DNA of 64,000 nt. Source: an uncultured Acidobacteriaceae bacterium (GTDB lineage: Bacteria > Acidobacteriota > Terriglobia > Terriglobales > Acidobacteriaceae). Position numbers and translations under genes: made by a program. The DNA lies in contig CAWKHY010000003.1 in assembly GCA_963849505.1 (NCBI GenBank), positions 6,096-70,095 of the forward strand, given 5' to 3'. This document shows, one piece after another, positions 55,118-64,000 of this stretch; positions within the stretch are counted from its first letter, which is position 1; every line of letters begins with the position of its first letter. The notes under the pieces were generated by a model, which saw only the letters and a program-made list of their open reading frames with translations, had not been told where the DNA came from and did no database searches.

Positions 55118-56032
55118 TTATTTTGCGGACGGGATATCGAGCAGGCGAAGGTATTCGATCGTTAGCAGAGAACGCAGATGAGATGAGACGCTTGGATCAC
55201 ACTTCAGATCGAGCTTACGGCAGCGGTCGATAGCTTGACGCAGGTTGCGAATGAATGAGATACATGCAGGACAAGCTTCGATGTGCTGCCGCATCTCTTC
55301 GCAGGTCTGAGGTTCGACATTGCCATCCAAATACTCGGAAAGATTCTTGAACAGGTCGTGACACTCTGGCGCACGGCGTGAAGCGCCTGACCCCTTTCTC
55401 GCTTTCTTTCGTACTTCCTTCCGAATCTGCATCGTGTCTGGCAGTTCTCTGAGGAGCCGATTCATTTCCTTGCGAACACGAAGCCGGGCGCGATGGAGAC
55501 GAACCCTGACGGTTCCGGGCTGAATATCGAGAATCTGAGCAATCAGGTCCGGATCGAGGTCTTCCATATCGTGCAGCACCAGTACCATTCGGTATTGCGG
55601 AGGAACCCCGAGGATGGCCTTACGAACTAATTCTTCCTGTTCGTCGCTGAGCAAGCGACTTTCGGGACTTGGAGCAGAATCCTGCAAAAGAAGCGCCAAT
55701 TCGAAATCATCGGGCATCAACTCTTCGAGTGAAAGTGTTTCCTTGGGCGCGTCCGCCGTCCGTCGCCGCATGCGCCAGCAACGATTTCGCGTAGCCGTAT
55801 AGAGCCAGACCGCCAGCGCCTGGGGATCCTCGATTTTGACAAGGTGAGACAAGGAGCGCACGAGCACTTCCTGCGTCGTGTCTTCTGCGTCCTCCGTATG
55901 GCCACAAACCTTCATGCTGAAGGAATACACAGTGCCTTGAAGGAGCCTGATCGCTTCACTCACTGAATCAGGCTCTGCGCTACGCAACAACTTTGCTGCC
56001 TGAATGAGCTCGGGGCGCATGCAACATTCCAA
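55118..56032 (-). CDS. ECF sigma factor with C-terminally fused zinc-binding anti-sigma (ZAS, RsrA-like) domain
   Basis: Region 2 is EDTTQEVLVRSLSHL...WLYTATRNRCWRMRRR. Region 4 is VLVLHDMEDLDPDLIAQILDIQPGTVRVRLHRARLRV. A basic linker follows, then C-x27-H-x3-C-x2-C (ECHDLFKNLSEYLDG...MRQHIEACPAC). An alternative start lies at 56020. Confidence 0.8.
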   Translation of the reverse strand: MECCMRPELIQAAKLLRSAEPDSVSEAIRLLQGTVYSFSMKVCGHTEDAEDTTQEVLVRSLSHLVKIEDPQALAVWLYTATRNRCWRMRRRTADAPKETLSLEELMPDDFELALLLQDSAPSPESRLLSDEQEELVRKAILGVPPQYRMVLVLHDMEDLDPDLIAQILDIQPGTVRVRLHRARLRVRKEMNRLLRELPDTMQIRKEVRKKARKGSGASRRAPECHDLFKNLSEYLDGNVEPQTCEEMRQHIEACPACISFIRNLRQAIDRCRKLDLKCDPSVSSHLRSLLTIEYLRLLDIPSAK

Positions 56033-56480
56033 TCAAAGAGGAGTTTTTAGGAGCCGTTTATCCAGTATAACTGGCCTCCCGCTTCGAAACAGCGGACCGG
56101 ACTCCCACGGCTATGCGACAAAGGAACGGTCTCTGGAAAAATCAATCCCATCAATCCCATTCTATAAACCCGATGGAACGTTGCCTCGATTGCCAGGTCC
56201 ACGGATGCAGTTGTAATGGATCGCAATGGCTCCGAATTCGGCGCTTCGGGCATTATCGAAGACTATGACGCAAACAACGTTTTGATCTCTACCGGCTGCT
56301 TCACTCACCCAGCAAAACGGCTGAGTGATCCCGGACTCGGTGGGGAATAACGCGCTCGATAGCCCGCCGAAGGATGAAAGACTGTAGTCGCCTTGGTTCG
56401 ACTCGACATGAATGGAGCAGCGTACTTTGCTCCCATTCACTATTTCTCTAGCGCAGACATTCAGATTCGGGCCGCGTCAA

Positions 56481-57461
56481 CTAATTAGAATTCCTCAACG
56501 CTTCAGTCCTTGCCAACACCAGCCCTTTGTCACGTTCAGTGAGAGTCGCCCGAAGAAACTCAACCACCTCTTCAAACGTGGGAAGCGCGTCCCATCCACG
56601 GCGCTTTCCTCCACCAGCAATAGCCTTCAGAGCCGCCGCTGCCGAAGCAAACGTAACAGCATCCTCTACAGCAAGATTGCGCGCAACCGCCAAAGCGAAG
56701 GCTCCATGAAATGTATCTCCACATCCATTGGTATCGAAAGCCTCAACCTTGAAAGCAGGGAAGTGACGCACCGCAGCATTTGTTTGCGTTTTCACGTAGC
56801 AGCCTTCAACGCCGGCCGTCACAATGGTTGCCAACCGTTCCGTGCGTGCCAGAAATGCGCACGAATCGCGCGGATCCTCGGCGCCGCTGGCCCACGCAGC
56901 AAAGGCCCTCGGGACAATCAAATAATCCGACAGCCCCGCTAGAGTCAGAGAAGACTCTGTCTGGCCCTCAATATCTCCCAATATCGGCACGCCCAGTCTG
57001 TGCACCTTCTCCGCCAGCGGTGCCAAAGATGGCTCGGTGATGTGGTCGAGAAGAATCAGCGATGCGGATTGAATCAGCGAATCGGGTAGATCATCCGGGC
57101 CCACCAATCGATACAGTGCCGAATTGTAAAACACGTTGCGACGTCCCAATCCGTCCACCACAATGAAGCTGTGGTAGGGCCCACCCGCAGGATCCTGCAC
57201 GATGTGCGACACATCTACTCCGTGGCATTCAAGCGCGGATTTGATGAATGCGGAGAGTTCATTCTCTCCAAAGCGTGCTGTGTAGGCGGCCCGTGCCCCA
57301 AGCGAACCGGCCGCGGATATCGCGGTGCACGCTGGTCCCCCACCTTGGCGAGTGCTGCCGAATACCGGTATCTTGCAATCCACCGGCGGAAACTCCGAAA
57401 CGTAGCACAGATCGTCTACGGCCGCGATCCCCGCTCCGAGCACGTCATATCGCTTCTTCAT
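56481..57461 (-). CDS. PfkB-family sugar(-phosphate) kinase
   Basis: 326 aa with the C-terminal ribokinase-family motif DTNGCGDTFHGAFALAV. Confidence 0.85.
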   Translation of the reverse strand: MKKRYDVLGAGIAAVDDLCYVSEFPPVDCKIPVFGSTRQGGGPACTAISAAGSLGARAAYTARFGENELSAFIKSALECHGVDVSHIVQDPAGGPYHSFIVVDGLGRRNVFYNSALYRLVGPDDLPDSLIQSASLILLDHITEPSLAPLAEKVHRLGVPILGDIEGQTESSLTLAGLSDYLIVPRAFAAWASGAEDPRDSCAFLARTERLATIVTAGVEGCYVKTQTNAAVRHFPAFKVEAFDTNGCGDTFHGAFALAVARNLAVEDAVTFASAAAALKAIAGGGKRRGWDALPTFEEVVEFLRATLTERDKGLVLARTEALRNSN

Positions 57462-57499
57462 TCACGTCTTCCGCACGTCATGCTGCACCGATACTCATA

Positions 57500-58522
57500 T
57501 CAGTTCCCATAGTTCGCGAACACGGGAGTCAGCTCCAAATCGTTCGCGAGACTGCGGCGTGGCTTCAATTGCATCACCTCGAGCGCGGCGTGATACGCCT
57601 TCACCGCTTCCGCCGGTTTCATCTGATCATCCGCCACCAGCCGCAGGCAATGAACGAAAGATAGCTGGTCCTCAGCCGCGTTGATCTTTCTCCCAAACAG
57701 CGCGACGCGAGCCCCATACCGCTTTGCTTCGTAAACCAGCGAGAATGCATCGTGGGTTGTGCCTGCCGATCCGCCCAGCACCCCCACGATCAGCGACGAA
57801 TCATATCCGCACAGCTCTTCCATTGCCCTTGGACCACCGTAGGGAATTTTCAGGAAAAGCGGGCGCCCAGATGAGGGAACTCCCGCCAGAAGTCGCACGA
57901 TGTGGTCGTTCACAAAGTGCGGCACATCCTCCGGCGCGATACCATGCACGCTGGCAGGCACATTCGGATAGAACACCTCGAGAAAATGTCTGAACTTCTT
58001 TTCTTCAGCCTCAAGCCGAAACGCCTTGTACGCCTCAAGCGTGTTGAGATCGCGTTCCGGATCGTTGTTAAAGGTGATGGAATACAGCCCAAGATTCGCG
58101 CCCACACCCCGCTCAGCATCTGTACATGGATACTTCCCAGCTTGTATGTGCTCCAGCGTGGTGCTTGCAAATGGTTTCGACGGTGCCGAAGCATACTGGC
58201 TGCCGCGAACAATATGCACGTCGGTCGTATCGTTGGTGCGCACAGCCGGAGTCACGGAAGAAGAATCAAAAATCCGTTCTCGAATCGTCAGTATCTCCGA
58301 TGTGCTGGCTGACATCAGCGTAATATCCACCAGGCCCTGAGCCACCACCCCGCGAAGCTGCTCTCGAAATTCGCTCAGCGATCGCAGCCTTTCGTTGTGT
58401 GCCTTTCCTGGGCATGCGATGCCAAACGCCATATCGGCATCCTTCGCGTCCGCCAGAATGAACGCACGGGAAGTGGAGTCGTTCCTCAATGCTGCAAGTT
58501 TCACGTCAAGAGTCTTTTCCAT
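57500..58522 (-). CDS. Putative class-I-aldolase-like (beta/alpha)8 protein; function uncertain
   Basis: 340 aa. LFLKIPYGG resembles the Schiff-base lysine strand of LacD/YihT/DhnA-type aldolases. It is positioned between a kinase and a DeoR regulator. Confidence 0.4.
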   Translation of the reverse strand: MEKTLDVKLAALRNDSTSRAFILADAKDADMAFGIACPGKAHNERLRSLSEFREQLRGVVAQGLVDITLMSASTSEILTIRERIFDSSSVTPAVRTNDTTDVHIVRGSQYASAPSKPFASTTLEHIQAGKYPCTDAERGVGANLGLYSITFNNDPERDLNTLEAYKAFRLEAEEKKFRHFLEVFYPNVPASVHGIAPEDVPHFVNDHIVRLLAGVPSSGRPLFLKIPYGGPRAMEELCGYDSSLIVGVLGGSAGTTHDAFSLVYEAKRYGARVALFGRKINAAEDQLSFVHCLRLVADDQMKPAEAVKAYHAALEVMQLKPRRSLANDLELTPVFANYGN

Positions 58523-58587
58523 CTATCTCCCTAAGTTCTATGCAGAAGCTGCGAACCCTATGCGGGCACGCTGCAATCCTGCATTGT

Positions 58588-59376
58588 TCATTCCTCAGCC
58601 AACCGGTTCACGTCCACCACCACCACTTCCACACCGGCATCGCGAAGGCCCGCAATCTGCTCCGGATCAGTACCGGAATCGGTGATGATTGTCGTGAAGT
58701 CACTCACAGGCCCCACGCGAACAAATGCCTGCTTACCAAACTTCGTGTGATCCACCAATCCGATGCACTGCTTACCGGCCTCGACCAGCATCCTCTTCAC
58801 TTGGGCCTCAGCCTGGCTCGCGCAGGAATGTCCGTATCGGAAGTCGATCGCGGTGATACCGAGGATGGCCTTGTCGACCCTGATCTCAGCCAGCGCATGT
58901 TGCGCCCACAAGCCCGACAGATAGAACTGGTCCCGTTGCAGATCGCCACCCGTGCAAACAACGTTCACGCCCGCCCAGCGTTGCAACTGGCAAACGATCG
59001 GTGGGGAATTCGTCGCGACGGTCAGACGGCTCAGGCTGCCGAGGCGCCGCGACAACTCGAAAACCGTCGTGCTGCCCTCCAGAAACACGGTATCTCCGTC
59101 CATCAGCAGCGATTCTGCGGCGGTAGCGATAGCCACTTTCTCCGCCCGATTTTCCCGCTGCAGCACCTCATACGAAGGCTGAAAGTTCGTGCTGGATGTT
59201 CGCGAAACAGCGCCGCCATGCGAACGCACCAGCACCCCCTCTTTCTCCAGCGCTGCCAGGTCGCGTCGGATCGTTGCCGCCGTTGCGCCGAGAGCCTCGA
59301 TCAGGTCCGAAGCCGAGACACTCCTCTGCAGGGTGAGAATCTCGCGAATTCGGAACCGGCGTTCATCGGCAAGCAT
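58588..59376 (-). CDS. DeoR family transcriptional regulator
   Basis: From MLADERRFRIREIL the protein has an HTH (VSASDLIEALGATAATIRRDLAALEKEG) followed by a DeoR sugar-phosphate-binding C-terminal domain. The ORF opens at 59412. Confidence 0.85.
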   Translation of the reverse strand: MLADERRFRIREILTLQRSVSASDLIEALGATAATIRRDLAALEKEGVLVRSHGGAVSRTSSTNFQPSYEVLQRENRAEKVAIATAAESLLMDGDTVFLEGSTTVFELSRRLGSLSRLTVATNSPPIVCQLQRWAGVNVVCTGGDLQRDQFYLSGLWAQHALAEIRVDKAILGITAIDFRYGHSCASQAEAQVKRMLVEAGKQCIGLVDHTKFGKQAFVRVGPVSDFTTIITDSGTDPEQIAGLRDAGVEVVVVDVNRLAEE

Positions 59377-59577
59377 TTTTACAAAACTAGCTCCAGCGCT
59401 CCACAGTGTCAACTGATTTCGTGCAAATTACTCCAAAACAGATCACTTCCACTAGGAATACGCTCATATCCAATCAGCGTTTGAGCCTTCATGTCCCTCG
59501 GCGGCCTAGCCGACCTCGAGGTTAAGAACATTAATATGCGTAGTTTGTATGCACTTTCAGAACTCCAGCAAATATCC

Positions 59578-59606
59578 TTGACATCGCTGGACCCCCGGCA
59601 TAAAGT
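59578..59606 (+). promoter_or_regulatory. Candidate sigma-70 promoter TTGACA-N17-TAAAGT
   Basis: A perfect -35 hexamer, a 17-nt spacer and a 4/6 match at -10, 28 nt upstream of the FGGY kinase TTG start. Confidence 0.45.
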
Positions 59607-59633
59607 TACATTTTCAATCATAAAGGTTCAATA

Positions 59634-61118
59634 TTGTCGTTCTTGACGCTAGATCTCGGATCGTCGGAGTTAAAAGCCGCTGTCTATGATGTAGACGGAA
59701 GCTGCTTGTCTGCTATTACTTCCGAGGCGAAAGCTCATGTAGTACATGGCGATCGAGCCGAACTGGATCCCGAATCCCTCTGGACATCGGTTTGCCAGGC
59801 AATTTCCGCCATCTGTAAGCCCCTGCGCGTCCCCCTCAAGGCAGCCGCAATTTCCAGCCACGGCGAAAGCTTCCTGCCCCTCGATCACGACGGCAAAGCG
59901 ATAGGCAACATCATCCTGAATATCGATTCGCGGGCCGCGACGGAGATGGACGAGTTCTCCTCCGCTTTCGGCAAGACATCGCTCTACCAGCGCACCGGCC
60001 TCCCGCCCCACCCCATGTACACCCTGCCGAAGATCGCCTGGCTGCGAAAGCACCAGCCCGAAGTCTTCAGCAAAGCCGCCCGTTTTGTATGTCTCGAGGA
60101 CTACATCCTGGGCCGCCTCGGCATGGAACCGACGATCAGCAGCCCGCTAGCCTCTCGCACCCTTGGCCTCGATATCAACCGCAATGCATGGGCCGACGAC
60201 CTGTTGGAGTTCGCCGGCATCCATTCAGGACAGCTTTCGCGAGTGCAGCCCTCAGGCACCGCCGTCGGAGAGGCCGCTCCCAAAATTGCTCAGCTGCTCG
60301 GCCTGCCCGCGGGCGTGACTTGGTCTTCCGGCGGCCACGATCAGGTCTGCGCATCCATCGGTGCTGGCGCGAGCGAACCCGGCACACTCGCCGACGGAAC
60401 CGGCACCTTCGAATGCATCAGCGTTCCCCTCAATGCGCCTCTTCTATCGGACGCCAGTCTTGCAGCCAACTTCCCTTGCGAAAGACATGCGATTGCCGAG
60501 CAGTTCCTCTCGCTGGCTTACATCCCCGGCGGCATAGCTTTGAAGTGGCTGCGGGACAACTGCAATCGCGATCTGGTAGCCCAGGCGAAAGCCTCAGGTG
60601 AATCCGCCTACGAACTCATGCTGGCAGATTTACCGGAAGATCCCACCGGCCTCTTTTTCTTTCCCTATATGCTCGGAACCGGAACCCCCTGGCTCGACAG
60701 TGAAGCGTGCGCCACCATCTGGGGCCTCACCAGCACCACCAGCAGCCAGCAACTCATCAAGGCTGCCATCGAAGGAGTCTGCTACGAAATGCGCGCCAAC
60801 CTTGAGATATTCAAAAGTCTCGGTATTCAGGTGGACCGCATCCTCGCCGTTGGCGGCGGCGCAAAGTCTGAGCATTGGCTCCAGCTTAAGGCCGACATCT
60901 TCCAATGTCCCGTAGTTGCCGTCTCAGGCGAAGCCAGCTCAAAAGGTGCCGCCATCTGCGCCGGTATGGGTGCAAACATATATCGGAATTGGAGTGAGGG
61001 CATCGCCGCGATGGTCAAGCCCGGCCGCGTCTATGAACCACGCTGCAAAACCGAACAGCAGTATCAAGACTTATTCGAGAAATACAAGGAACTCGCACAT
61101 AGGATCTACGGCCATTAA
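59634..61118 (+). CDS. FGGY-family carbohydrate kinase (xylulokinase/fuculokinase-like)
   Basis: 494 aa with a TTG start, N-terminal LTLDLGSSELKAAV, and later GGHDQVCASIGAG and LAVGGGAKSEHWLQLKADIF. Confidence 0.85.
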   Translation: MSFLTLDLGSSELKAAVYDVDGSCLSAITSEAKAHVVHGDRAELDPESLWTSVCQAISAICKPLRVPLKAAAISSHGESFLPLDHDGKAIGNIILNIDSRAATEMDEFSSAFGKTSLYQRTGLPPHPMYTLPKIAWLRKHQPEVFSKAARFVCLEDYILGRLGMEPTISSPLASRTLGLDINRNAWADDLLEFAGIHSGQLSRVQPSGTAVGEAAPKIAQLLGLPAGVTWSSGGHDQVCASIGAGASEPGTLADGTGTFECISVPLNAPLLSDASLAANFPCERHAIAEQFLSLAYIPGGIALKWLRDNCNRDLVAQAKASGESAYELMLADLPEDPTGLFFFPYMLGTGTPWLDSEACATIWGLTSTTSSQQLIKAAIEGVCYEMRANLEIFKSLGIQVDRILAVGGGAKSEHWLQLKADIFQCPVVAVSGEASSKGAAICAGMGANIYRNWSEGIAAMVKPGRVYEPRCKTEQQYQDLFEKYKELAHRIYGH

Positions 61119-61158
61119 CCATGGCTGAATCGGAAACTTGTCAACAGGAGATCGTGTT

Positions 61159-62592
61159 ATGACTCGCAATACCCTGGGTGTAATCGTTGGAAATCGGGGA
61201 ATCTTCCCCGACAGCGTGGCTCGCGATGGGCGCGAGGAAATTCTTGCTTTGCTCGAAAGGGAAGGCTTCAATACAGTCTGCCTTACTCCGGAAGACACAA
61301 AGTTTGGCACCGTGGAGACGCTCACGGACTCGAATGCATGCGCGGAATTCTTTCGCCGCAATGCCGATAAGATCGATGGCATCCTCGTCTCTCTGCCTAA
61401 CTTTGGAGATGAGCGCGGCATCGCAAATGCGATTCGTATGTCCGGCCTCAGAGTCCCTGTGCTGGTCCAGGCCTTCCCCGACAAGCTCGATCGAATGGCG
61501 ATGACCTATCGCCGCGACGCATTCTGCGGCAAATTCTCCGCCTGTTCCAACCTCTCGCAGTACAACATTCCATTCACCCTCACCACCAAGCACACCGTCT
61601 CGCCAGATGCTCCCAGCTTTCTCGACGACCTGCGCAACTTCGGCGCAACCTGCCGCGTCGTGCGAGGCATGAAGGATGTTCGCTTCGGCCAGATCGGCGC
61701 GCGCCCCGGACCCTTCAATTCGGTTCGCTACAGCGAAAAACTCCTCGAGTTCGCTGGCATCACTATCGACACGCTGGACATGGCTGACGCACTCGGCAGA
61801 GTAGGCCGCATGAAGGACAGCGACTCCCAGGTACAGACCAAGCTGCAAGCCATCCAGGGATACACCAACGTTGGCAAGGCCCCGGCAACCGCACTCATGA
61901 AGATGGCCAAGTTCGCCGTCGTGGTCGAGAACTGGATCGCCGAGGATCAACTCGTCGGCACGGCAATTCAATGTTGGAACGCTCTGCAGGATGAGCTGGG
62001 CATAGTTCCATGCACCATCATGAGTATGATGAGCAACGGCCTGCTCCCCAGCGCCTGCGAGGTCGACATGGTGGGAGCCATCTCCATGTACGCGCTGCAA
62101 CTCGCATCACAAACTCCGAGCGCCATCGTCGATTGGAATAACAACTATGAAGATGATGAGGACAAGTGCGTCATCTTCCATTGCTCCAACTTTCCTCAGC
62201 ACTTCTACGGCGAGCCCACCGCGATGGATGCCCACGAAATGCTAAAGATCGTCTCCGGTCGCGAGAACACGTGGGGCACATTGCAGGGAAGAATCAAGAC
62301 CGGGCCAATGACCTTCCTGCGCTTGAACACCGACGACGTCATTGGCAAATTGACGGCGTACGTCGCCATGGGCGAGTCGCTGCCTGACCCAGCTCCTACA
62401 TGGGGAGGCATCGGTGTCGTGCGCATCACGAACCTGCAGGACCTGCTGCGCTACATCTGCGAAAAGAATTTCGAACACCATGTCTCCGTCAGCCTAAGCT
62501 CGGTCGGCCCAGGCCTGGTTGAGGCATTGCAGCACTATCTAGGCTGGAGCGTCTACGCTCACGAAATCGGACGAAACAAAAGCAGAGGCTAA
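61159..62592 (+). CDS. L-fucose/L-arabinose isomerase family protein (short form)
   Basis: The N-terminal LGVIVGNRGIFPD...DGILVSLPNFGDE pattern is typical of FucI-like isomerases. The ORF opens at 61138. Confidence 0.7.
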   Translation: MTRNTLGVIVGNRGIFPDSVARDGREEILALLEREGFNTVCLTPEDTKFGTVETLTDSNACAEFFRRNADKIDGILVSLPNFGDERGIANAIRMSGLRVPVLVQAFPDKLDRMAMTYRRDAFCGKFSACSNLSQYNIPFTLTTKHTVSPDAPSFLDDLRNFGATCRVVRGMKDVRFGQIGARPGPFNSVRYSEKLLEFAGITIDTLDMADALGRVGRMKDSDSQVQTKLQAIQGYTNVGKAPATALMKMAKFAVVVENWIAEDQLVGTAIQCWNALQDELGIVPCTIMSMMSNGLLPSACEVDMVGAISMYALQLASQTPSAIVDWNNNYEDDEDKCVIFHCSNFPQHFYGEPTAMDAHEMLKIVSGRENTWGTLQGRIKTGPMTFLRLNTDDVIGKLTAYVAMGESLPDPAPTWGGIGVVRITNLQDLLRYICEKNFEHHVSVSLSSVGPGLVEALQHYLGWSVYAHEIGRNKSRG

Positions 62593-62624
62593 ATCGTCGA
62601 CCACTATGAGCAGCGGGAGGAAAG

Positions 62625-63692
62625 ATGCATCTGTGGGGCAGGGACTGGTCGCGGGCAGAGTTGAGGAAGCGAGTCGGTGCGCTTTCCCAACTCGGCGGAA
62701 TCACGCGCTTCGAATATAGCGATGGCAAGGCCAAAGGAGTAACTGCCCTGCGCGTGCGAACCGCGGCCGGCCTCGAATTCTCCGTGCTCCCTGAAAAGGG
62801 TCTTGATGTATTCGAAGCCACCTATCTCGGCAGGTCTTTGACCTGGCACTCTCCCGCAGGCGTCGTGCATCCCGCCTACTATGACTTCCGAGGCGTCCAA
62901 TGGCTGAAGACATTCGCCGGCGGATTGGTAACGACCTGCGGAAGTTCCTCCGCCGGCCTGCCCTCTGAGGATCAAGGTGAAGAATTCGGCCTGCACGGAG
63001 CCGTTTCGAATACTGCCGCCGAACACGTGAATTATTTCGAAGAGTGGCAGGACGACGAGCTACTGCTGACCATCACTGGAACCGTCCGCGAAAGTAGCGT
63101 CTTCGGACCCAATCTCGTAACCCATCGCACCATCCAGACCTCGCTCTCCGGCCGCTCCATTTCCCTCACAGATCGCGTCGAAAACCAAGGCTACGACTCC
63201 GCCCCTCTCATGAAGATCTATCACTGCAACTTTGGCTTTCCACTTCTAACAGACACCAGCCGGATCTATTGCCCGTCGCGCAAGGCGGAAGGGCGCAACG
63301 AATTCGCAGCACGCCACCTGGAGAGTTGGAGCGTATTCGAGTCGCCCTGCAACGGCATCGCGGAGCGAGTCTATTTTCATGACATGGCGCCAAACCAGCA
63401 TGGAAATGTCCGCGTCGTTCTGGTCAGCGACGACGCCCGCAACTTCGCCGTGCAGATGGACTACAAGTCAGCGACGCTGCCCCGCTTTGTCGAATGGAAG
63501 ATGACCGGGGAAGGCCATTTCGTGCTCGGACTGGAGCCGGCAAACTGCGGTCTCGCAGGACGAAAAGCAGAACGCGCCGCCCAGACCCTGCACTTTCTCG
63601 AGCCCGGCCAGCAGGAAGAATTTCGTCTGGAATTACGCGTCCTCGACGGAGTGGAGGAAGTGCAGAACTCCATCGCATCGCTCACCGATTAA
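62625..63692 (+). CDS. DUF4432 / aldose-1-epimerase-fold protein
   Basis: 355 aa with N-terminal RAELRKRVGALSQLGGITRFEYSDGKAKGV...LEFSVLPEKGLD, typical of the DUF4432 family. Confidence 0.65.
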   Translation: MHLWGRDWSRAELRKRVGALSQLGGITRFEYSDGKAKGVTALRVRTAAGLEFSVLPEKGLDVFEATYLGRSLTWHSPAGVVHPAYYDFRGVQWLKTFAGGLVTTCGSSSAGLPSEDQGEEFGLHGAVSNTAAEHVNYFEEWQDDELLLTITGTVRESSVFGPNLVTHRTIQTSLSGRSISLTDRVENQGYDSAPLMKIYHCNFGFPLLTDTSRIYCPSRKAEGRNEFAARHLESWSVFESPCNGIAERVYFHDMAPNQHGNVRVVLVSDDARNFAVQMDYKSATLPRFVEWKMTGEGHFVLGLEPANCGLAGRKAERAAQTLHFLEPGQQEEFRLELRVLDGVEEVQNSIASLTD

Positions 63693-63785
63693 CCCTCAAC
63701 TTACCAATTTCTACAAATCGTTACAAATTGTGACAGACACACAGGCGACAAATCGGAACAATGATTTGTTCGAGGATTTTCAAAG

Positions 63786-64000
63786 ATGAATTGCATGAAA
63801 GCTTTTGTTGCGTACTTTGTGTTCTCCGCCGCGGCGATTGCGCAGACCCCCGCCTCCGCCCCCAAAATAGTGACTTTCAATCTCGCCGATAAGGAGCATT
63901 GCAAGGCCGTCGTTTCCAATGGCAAGCCACTGCTCGAATCCACCTACAACGGCACCACCGTGGCCATCACCATGCCGCAGAACTGGGGGAACGGTGAGTT
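63786..64000 (+). CDS. Secreted hypothetical protein, 5' fragment (runs off the window)
   Basis: An ATG at 63786 gives MNCMKAFVAYFVFSAAAIAQTPAS... (signal peptide). The frame stays open to the window end. Confidence 0.4.
   Translation, partial: MNCMKAFVAYFVFSAAAIAQTPASAPKIVTFNLADKEHCKAVVSNGKPLLESTYNGTTVAITMPQNWGNGE

Noticed and set aside
1-64000. Scanned for CRISPR arrays, rRNA, IS elements/transposases, phage structural genes, toxin-antitoxin pairs and known defence-system hallmarks.
   Set aside because: I saw no regularly spaced direct repeats, no transposase or integrase motifs (DDE, HxxR...Y) and no nuclease/ATPase defence-type gene pairs in any frame. The frameshifted NTase has no recognisable HEPN partner.

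Overview
This is a gene-dense 64-kb chromosomal window, roughly 55-60% GC by eye. The gene content (many secreted glycoside hydrolases, a CRTAC1/ASPIC-UnbV protein, several ECF sigma factors, an RND pump) resembles a soil Acidobacteriota (Terriglobia-type) genome, but that is inference only.

Layout, in order:
- A truncated tRNA-like 3' end (1-76).
- A phosphoketolase broken by frameshifts.
- A P3A-type H+-ATPase.
- A periplasmic PaoABC-like aldehyde oxidoreductase.
- A mannoside/glycan block: two GH92 genes (one disrupted), a GH63-like hydrolase, an MFS transporter, DlgD/YiaK and a DMT transporter.
- A tRNA-Arg(CCU) whose last 36 nt recur 5 kb downstream. The repeat pair brackets apaG, an ECF sigma/NrsF-like pair with two identical back-to-back GTAACT-N16-CGAA promoters, a beta-propeller protein and a broken nucleotidyltransferase.
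- A pullulanase.
- The most unusual stretch (about 32.3-43.6 kb). A NifX-like Cys-rich protein, PadR and a thioesterase are followed by a Rieske protein and a cytochrome b6/subunit-IV fused to a 12-haem cytochrome c. Next come a Tat-exported Psr/Phs-type molybdoenzyme (A, B, C subunits), two YeeE/YedE sulfur-transport proteins (one fused to rhodanese), DUF2892 and a 29-aa membrane peptide.
- Downstream: yeiH plus a LysR regulator, and CRTAC1.
- A tight minus-strand operon headed by an ECF sigma factor with a fused RsrA-like ZAS domain (TolC, MFP, RND, DUF2892, methyltransferase, N-terminally extended OsmC).
- A DeoR-associated rare-sugar cluster.

I recognised no CRISPR array, rRNA, transposase or integrase. 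At least four genes, and possibly a fifth locus, carry frame disruptions. These may be real decay or indel sequencing errors. All family assignments come from motif recognition by eye, and no database was searched.
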